A program made the position numbers and the translations under genes. A DNA stretch of 64,000 nucleotides, taken from positions 3,414-67,413 of the IMG/VR virus record IMGVR_UViG_3300046450_001953; one strand, 5' to 3'. Within the stretch, counting starts at the first letter, position 1. Every line of letters begins with the position of its first letter. The notes under the pieces were generated by a model. It worked only from the letters and a program-made list of their open reading frames with translations, was not told the DNA's origin and did not search any database. Of the stretch, positions 58,369 through 64,000 are shown one piece after another. The DNA comes from a virus.

Positions 58369-60958
58369 AACTACATATATAAAAGTTAAACGGCACAACG
58401 CAAACAAACCGGTTGTGGTCTATTCGGGAAGCATGATTCAACAGAATCATGGAGAAAAACCACATGGTCATGGATATGTGTTGTGGGATTTACCTAAACG
58501 GAAACATACCCATCACGAAGTTCATAATGAATATGGATATTATACAATAGAAGTTAGAGATGGTGAATGTGTAAGTGACTTGACCCAACTACCAAACAAA
58601 GCTAGATTGCGTGTTAAAGTCTATAACACAACGGCCACGGAAACCAAAGAGATTATCGCCGACATCCGCAAGAGAACAAGTATAAGTGACTTGAATGTTA
58701 CACGATGCGATGCAATCTCCGAGGCAAAGAAGTATGATCGTGAGAATAAGTTTGATTTCGGTGATATATCCTTACTGCAGGTTCAAAACGATTTGATAGA
58801 AGATTACCTCCGCAGAAACTTCGTGGTGGATGACGATCAAGTTAAAACTGCACTTGATATAAACAAAGAAGTAAATGGCAAGTTGATTGTAAAGGAAGTC
58901 ATTAGAAATTGTATATGGAAACCAAAGAAATTTGAATTTGGAAATATGTTTAGCTATGGACCTGACAATGTAGTTGATTTTACCAATATGAAAAGTGTCC
59001 TCGGTTTGTTTGCATCAAATGCTAGTGGTAAGAGTAGTGTGATGAGTGCGTTGAGTTTTTGCCTGTTTGACAAATGTGATAGAGCATTCAAGGCCTCTCA
59101 TGTACTCAATACATTAACTGATTCCTTTTATTGTAAACTTAATTTTGAGATTTCTGGGGTAAATTACTTTATAGATAGAACTGCATCCACTAAAAAGAAT
59201 GGTGATGTAACAGTGACCGTTGATTTTTGGAAAATCGATAGTGAAGGAGACCGAGTTTCTTTAAACGGAGAGCAACGTTCGGGCACGAATGCGATGATCC
59301 GTGATCATGTTGGTTCATATGATGACTTTGTGCTTACTACATTAAGTTTACAAAACAACAATGCAATTTTCATAGATAAAAGTCAAAGTGAACGAAAAGA
59401 TCTATTGGCTCAGTTTATGGGGATTGATACATTTGATCAATTACACACTACCGCATCGGAGGACATTAAAGAAATTAACGCACTGTTGAAAAGATTTAAT
59501 CGTGAAGACTTCGATCAGACTCTGGACGCAATTCAGACAAAACTAGAGGAAGTAAACAACAACTACTCCACGCAGGACAATAAGACAAACATAGCACTAT
59601 CTCAACAACAGAAGTTAAATAAACAACTTGCGGATACAAATTCTCAATTTAAGAACTGCACATTTGACGAGTCTTCGGTTGATATAGATAAACTGGAGTT
59701 CAATAAGAAGAATTTGAAAGAACGACACGTGGTAGCAAATAATAACAGGGACGATGAATCTGATAGAAAGAAAAACCTCGCAACCAAACGGAAAAAAAAC
59801 TCAGTTGAACTTGTTGAACTTGCTGGGGTTGAAGAGAAGTATGTTAATGTGCTTAGAATTCGTGAGGATATAACGTTGGTTGAAAAGGATTTGGCAGTTT
59901 TGCGAACCTCTGTTAATGCAAAACTTGATAAACTGAAGCACTACGATAGTCACGAATATGACCCCAACTGTAAATTTTGCGTAAACAACTCAAAGAACCT
60001 TATCGCGAGTGCAGCTCAAACGAAGGAGGAGTTGGACAAGGATAAAGCAGCTGCCGATGAGTTAGTAACTCAGAAAATCGCACTTTCCAAAACACTTGAT
60101 GAATATAAAGATGTCGAATCCGACTATGGAAAGATGGGTGAGTTAAAAACAGAAACAACCCAACTTACTTATGCAGTTAATGAAGCAGATTCAAAAGTTC
60201 TTGCACTATCTTCTATGATAGAATCTCTTGAAAAGGATGTAGTTATCAACGACAAGAGCATCAAAGAATATTACGAATGTAAGGATATTATTCTATTCAA
60301 CAAGGAGTTGCAGATTCAAGTAGACGAACTTGAGGTAAACTTGTTAAAAGTAAACGGAACGGCAAATACAGAAACTGAAAAATTACAAACCTTGTTCGGT
60401 GAAGTTAAAATTATTGAAAAAGAACACGAAGACATCGTCGCATCAATAGAAGAAGCCAAGACATACGAAAGAAAAAAACGTGGTTACGAGTTATATCTTG
60501 ATGCAGTAAAACGAGATGGTATTTCATATGAACTTATATCCAAGACAATTCCAAGCATTGAAAGTGAAGTTAATAATATTCTTTCTCAAATCGTTGATTT
60601 TGGAATGCAACTTGAAATGGACGGAAAGCATATCTATTCAAAGATTACATATGAAGACCGTCATTGGCCACTTGAAATGTGCAGTGGAATGGAACGATTC
60701 ATCAGCAGTATCGCAATGAGAGTCGCACTTATCAACGTAAGTAGTTTACCACGTTCTAATTTCCTTGTTATTGACGAAGGATGGGGTTCGTTGGACGGAG
60801 ACAACATAAGTAGTGTATTTAACCTGTTCACCTATTTAAAGGGGCAGTTTGAGTTCGTAATGGTTATTAGTCATTTGGACGTAATGAGGGATATGGTAGA
60901 CGAAATTATAGAAATTCAAAAAGACGGTTCTTTCAGTAAGATAAAATACGAAGCATAA
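58358..60958 (+). CDS. sbcC: Fusion of the SbcD C-terminal part with SbcC/Rad50 (gp46-like) ATPase
   Basis: N-terminal VYSGSMIQQNHGE...GYVLWD, then Walker A NASGKSS, zinc hook CKFC, signature CSGMERF, Walker B IDEGWGSLD and ISH. Confidence 0.92.
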   Translation: MEDKTTYIKVKRHNANKPVVVYSGSMIQQNHGEKPHGHGYVLWDLPKRKHTHHEVHNEYGYYTIEVRDGECVSDLTQLPNKARLRVKVYNTTATETKEIIADIRKRTSISDLNVTRCDAISEAKKYDRENKFDFGDISLLQVQNDLIEDYLRRNFVVDDDQVKTALDINKEVNGKLIVKEVIRNCIWKPKKFEFGNMFSYGPDNVVDFTNMKSVLGLFASNASGKSSVMSALSFCLFDKCDRAFKASHVLNTLTDSFYCKLNFEISGVNYFIDRTASTKKNGDVTVTVDFWKIDSEGDRVSLNGEQRSGTNAMIRDHVGSYDDFVLTTLSLQNNNAIFIDKSQSERKDLLAQFMGIDTFDQLHTTASEDIKEINALLKRFNREDFDQTLDAIQTKLEEVNNNYSTQDNKTNIALSQQQKLNKQLADTNSQFKNCTFDESSVDIDKLEFNKKNLKERHVVANNNRDDESDRKKNLATKRKKNSVELVELAGVEEKYVNVLRIREDITLVEKDLAVLRTSVNAKLDKLKHYDSHEYDPNCKFCVNNSKNLIASAAQTKEELDKDKAAADELVTQKIALSKTLDEYKDVESDYGKMGELKTETTQLTYAVNEADSKVLALSSMIESLEKDVVINDKSIKEYYECKDIILFNKELQIQVDELEVNLLKVNGTANTETEKLQTLFGEVKIIEKEHEDIVASIEEAKTYERKKRGYELYLDAVKRDGISYELISKTIPSIESEVNNILSQIVDFGMQLEMDGKHIYSKITYEDRHWPLEMCSGMERFISSIAMRVALINVSSLPRSNFLVIDEGWGSLDGDNISSVFNLFTYLKGQFEFVMVISHLDVMRDMVDEIIEIQKDGSFSKIKYEA

Positions 60959-61001
60959 AACATATTTAGATATATATTTATTATGTACCTAACGTGTATT
61001 T

Positions 61002-62060
61002 ATGATCAATTCCGAAGAAAATCAAGAAGTCCAAGAAGAAAGTCTTATCAAGGCTGGTCTTCGAAAAGGATATTTTACTCTCGTAGAGGGGGTATATGAT
61101 CCTGGTATTTTAAAAGCAGTATTTTTAGCAGGTGGTCCTGGTGCAGGTAAATCGGCGGTAGTAGATACCGTTTTTAATACAACACCCGAAGTAAAGTCAT
61201 TAACTTCAACTGGATTAAAAATTGTAAATAGTGACAGTTCGTTTGAGCATTTGCTAAAAAAAGCAGGACATAGTTTAGACTTGGGTTCACTTGATGATGA
61301 TGTATTTCAAAAAATAACAAGTGATGATCCGAATTCAATTCGTTCACGTGCCAAAAATATTATGCTTAAACAATACGAGCATTATAAAAATGGCAGACTT
61401 GGTGTCATCGTTGATGGAACAGGTGATGATTATGCTAAGATATCAAAACAAAAGAAAGAGTTGGAAAAACTTGGATATGATTGTTATATGGTATTTGTTA
61501 ATACCACACTTGAAGTTGCACAACAAAGAAATGCGTTTCGTGCAAGAAAACTTCCACGTAAAATTGTGGATGCTATATGGAAAGATGTTCAAAAGAATTT
61601 GGGAAAATTCCAAAGTTCATTCAAGCAGAATTTTACGATTATCGATAACTCAGAAGATTTAAGAAGCAAATCGAAATCGGGTAAACTTAATCTTGCTCCC
61701 TTTATATTAAAAGCAACCGCAAAGTTCATCGGAAAACCAATTAAAAATCCGATTGGTAAACAATGGATTACTTTGATGATGAAGCACGATAACATGACCA
61801 AGAGTGGTGACAAGAAAAATAGAATGACCGAAGAACTTGATATGGTTTCAATGGAGGATGTGGTTTTGCCAATGGATTTGGAGAGGCACCTGAGTCGTTC
61901 TATTTTCGTTATCAAGAAGTTTAAGTTAAACGAGAGAAGAAATCTTGCGGTTTTATCTCGTCTGGTGGAGAGTTTGGAGTTAAGCAGAAATCAAATGGTC
62001 AAGTATTTCCACCACATTAGAACTTTAAAATTTAAGGGGGAGAAGAAGTCTGATGTTTGA
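61002..62060 (+). CDS. P-loop kinase (zeta-toxin/AAA_33-like)
   Basis: AVFLAGGPGAGKS, VNSD, IVDGTG and R..R.R lid motifs. Confidence 0.8.
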   Translation: MINSEENQEVQEESLIKAGLRKGYFTLVEGVYDPGILKAVFLAGGPGAGKSAVVDTVFNTTPEVKSLTSTGLKIVNSDSSFEHLLKKAGHSLDLGSLDDDVFQKITSDDPNSIRSRAKNIMLKQYEHYKNGRLGVIVDGTGDDYAKISKQKKELEKLGYDCYMVFVNTTLEVAQQRNAFRARKLPRKIVDAIWKDVQKNLGKFQSSFKQNFTIIDNSEDLRSKSKSGKLNLAPFILKATAKFIGKPIKNPIGKQWITLMMKHDNMTKSGDKKNRMTEELDMVSMEDVVLPMDLERHLSRSIFVIKKFKLNERRNLAVLSRLVESLELSRNQMVKYFHHIRTLKFKGEKKSDV

Positions 62061-62403
62061 TAAAATCATAGATGAACTTCTCCAAGAAGATAAGTTGGGA
62101 GAAACTTGGAAACTTGAGATGGCCCCAAATCATGCACGATATAGTTTTTCATCCAATAAGTCGGGAAATGAGAATTGGGCAAAATCTCTTGCCACCAAAC
62201 TTGTAAACAAGGAACAGGAAGATTATAAATTCATTGGAATATTTAGTGAAGGGGAATCATCTGAGGGCCCTATCGTAGATGGATATGTATTTCATTGTAC
62301 AGAAGAATATTTAAGCAAAGCACCACATATGCATCACGATAAAAAGAAAGCATGTAAACAACATATCAAAACTGGCAAGATCATCGAGTATCTTGAGGAC
62401 TAG
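62053..62403 (+). CDS. Hypothetical phage protein
   Basis: 116-aa ORF overlapping the upstream stop, with an upstream purine-rich RBS. Confidence 0.7.
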   Translation: MFDKIIDELLQEDKLGETWKLEMAPNHARYSFSSNKSGNENWAKSLATKLVNKEQEDYKFIGIFSEGESSEGPIVDGYVFHCTEEYLSKAPHMHHDKKKACKQHIKTGKIIEYLED

Positions 62404-62406
62404 CAC

Positions 62407-62931
62407 ATGAAACTAAAAGAGTACACTAAATACAAAGGTGATCCGATTTGGATGAAATCAAAATATGACGGAGTTTCTGGGGAGCAACGTCTCCCAACCG
62501 ACCGAAGAATGAGAGCGGGTGGAGAGAAGTTTAAACAGGGTGATGAGATTTTATTCTTTCCAAAGGGAAAACTAATACTGGTGGGGAAACAAGCAGAGCG
62601 ATCCTGGAGAGATTTCCAAGCAGCTGCTCAAGACGAAGATTTTTATATGTCTCAATACGAGGAATCAAAAATGGAAAAAACAAATGAAATAAAACTAACA
62701 GGCCCAGAATACAAAAAAGCACTAAACTTTATGTCCGGATTGCATTCAAGTATACTGAACGCAAAAGATAAAGTTATCAAATTTCTGAAAAGAAAAGGAT
62801 TTGACGATATGGCAGATGAATTGTCCGGGATGTCAAAGGGTCAGTTTAGTTCGTTCGTGACAAGTAAAGTACATGAACACAAACTCAGAAAACACATCCG
62901 TACAATTCTTTCGGAGTTACTTGAGAAGTAA
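62407..62931 (+). CDS. Hypothetical phage protein
   Basis: 174-aa ORF in the operon, ending KLRKHIRTILSELLEK. Confidence 0.7.
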   Translation: MKLKEYTKYKGDPIWMKSKYDGVSGEQRLPTDRRMRAGGEKFKQGDEILFFPKGKLILVGKQAERSWRDFQAAAQDEDFYMSQYEESKMEKTNEIKLTGPEYKKALNFMSGLHSSILNAKDKVIKFLKRKGFDDMADELSGMSKGQFSSFVTSKVHEHKLRKHIRTILSELLEK

Positions 62932-64000
62932 ATGGCACAACTTAACACAGAGTTTGGTACAAAACTATCCGAACTGTTAACAAACGACATTGAGTTGTTC
63001 CACGCAGATTCAGCTGAAGAATGTGAAGTTATCACAGACACACCGATAAAAGAATCACTTGCGAATTATATAACCGAAGAGACTAAGACGATTTTTGAAG
63101 ATTCGGCAATCACACAGGTGATAGGAATTTACCCAGGTAGATTTCAACCAGCTGGTTTACATCACTATAAAACTTACAAGTGGTTGGCCAAACAATTTGA
63201 CGAAGCATGGGTCGCAACAAGTAACAAGACTAACGCAACGGATAGTCCTTTGGATTTTAGGGCAAAGAAACTGGTGTGGCAAAAGCATGGCACAAAGAAT
63301 GTAGCTCAGGTTAAAAACCCATACAAGGCAGAAGAGATATTGAAGAAGCACGACCCCGAAACAACGGCCGCAGTATTTATGGTTGGCAAAAAAGATGCGG
63401 ATAGATTGAAGGGTAAGTTTTTTCATGAGTGGAAAGGTAAGGCCGAACTTGGGTATCGCGAAGGTGCATATCTGTTAATTGCCCCACACGTCAGTATCAA
63501 GGTACTTGGTAAGGAGATAAGTGGAACACGCATCCGTGAGTTATTGGGCAGCCCTGAACACAGTAAGGACGTGAAGATTCAAGCATTTGAGGAATTGTTT
63601 GGTTGGTACGATGAAAAGATTTTTAATTATCTGACCAAGAAGTTCGCCACGCTGTTTGAAAATGTGGAAATATTTGAAAGTTTCTTGGACGAATATCCTA
63701 AGTTTGAAAAACTTGTTGATACACTTCCAACTATTTTAAGTGAAATAAGTACCACCTTTATATCCGGTGAATCATTGGTGGATGACGGCCCGGCTGCGTT
63801 TTACCCAAATAAATCTTATGAACACAATACTCAAAAAAGAGCAAGTCAACTTGGATATGATTTACTTGATTTTGTAGTTGGAAAAAATGGACTAGGAAGA
63901 AACGCAGATTACAGAGAGTGGGGAAAGTACTCCGGCCCTGTAAATGCCGTCTCCTTTTACCCGGCCGGCGTAGCTGATAACCAAACACCAATGAATCAGG
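62932..64000 (+). CDS. HIGH-superfamily nucleotidyltransferase (cytidylyltransferase-like), 3' end outside window
   Basis: Manual translation from ATG 62932: IGIYPGRFQPAGLHH...SP.DF..K...KNPY.A.E...VGKKD..R...ISGTRIR. Open to the window end. Confidence 0.8.
   Translation, partial: MAQLNTEFGTKLSELLTNDIELFHADSAEECEVITDTPIKESLANYITEETKTIFEDSAITQVIGIYPGRFQPAGLHHYKTYKWLAKQFDEAWVATSNKTNATDSPLDFRAKKLVWQKHGTKNVAQVKNPYKAEEILKKHDPETTAAVFMVGKKDADRLKGKFFHEWKGKAELGYREGAYLLIAPHVSIKVLGKEISGTRIRELLGSPEHSKDVKIQAFEELFGWYDEKIFNYLTKKFATLFENVEIFESFLDEYPKFEKLVDTLPTILSEISTTFISGESLVDDGPAAFYPNKSYEHNTQKRASQLGYDLLDFVVGKNGLGRNADYREWGKYSGPVNAVSFYPAGVADNQTPMNQ

Noticed and set aside
57350-58420. Split intein joining the SbcD halves (HN in KRHNA)
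   Set aside because: There is no Hint-domain-sized sequence, no Cys/Ser at an N-junction, and the residue after HN is Ala rather than Cys/Ser/Thr.
1-64000. Bacterial chromosome, prophage or eukaryotic giant-virus origin
   Set aside because: gp25/gp6 baseplate genes, gp46/47-like nuclease, phage-type phoH and hsp20, sigma70-like promoters and SD sites indicate a large bacteriophage. No integrase, housekeeping operons or NCLDV core genes were seen.
1-64000. tRNA, rRNA or self-splicing introns
   Set aside because: Intergenic gaps are short (mostly under 130 bp) and I saw no cloverleaf or intron core motifs. A tRNAscan/Infernal run would be needed to exclude them formally.

Overview
AT-rich (roughly 36-37% GC by eye), gene-dense fragment of a large contractile-tailed (myovirus/jumbo-type) bacteriophage genome read with the standard genetic code. 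From left to right: (i) a leftward nucleotide-sugar/glycosyltransferase island (1-10.9 kb); (ii) phoH, a trio of fibre/decoration-like genes, an HD hydrolase, Hsp20 and a phage sigma-like gene; (iii) a baseplate/tail module (split gp5-like spike, gp25, gp6, giant 3713-aa and 3275-aa proteins); (iv) RuvC-like resolvase, primase, a split SbcD/SbcC (Mre11-Rad50) nuclease, a P-loop kinase and a nucleotidyltransferase. The most notable signals are: a ~135-aa domain I cannot name that occurs 10 times across three different virion proteins; a nested 'Russian-doll' 3275-aa protein; a start-less Pro/Thr-rich ORF reachable only by -1 slippage at an A10 run; an SbcD nuclease split inside a small inserted domain with a glycosyltransferase gene between the halves; promoters positioned for leaderless mRNAs; and about 10-fold over-representation of CGGCCG. 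All functional calls come from motif recognition by eye; no searches were run.
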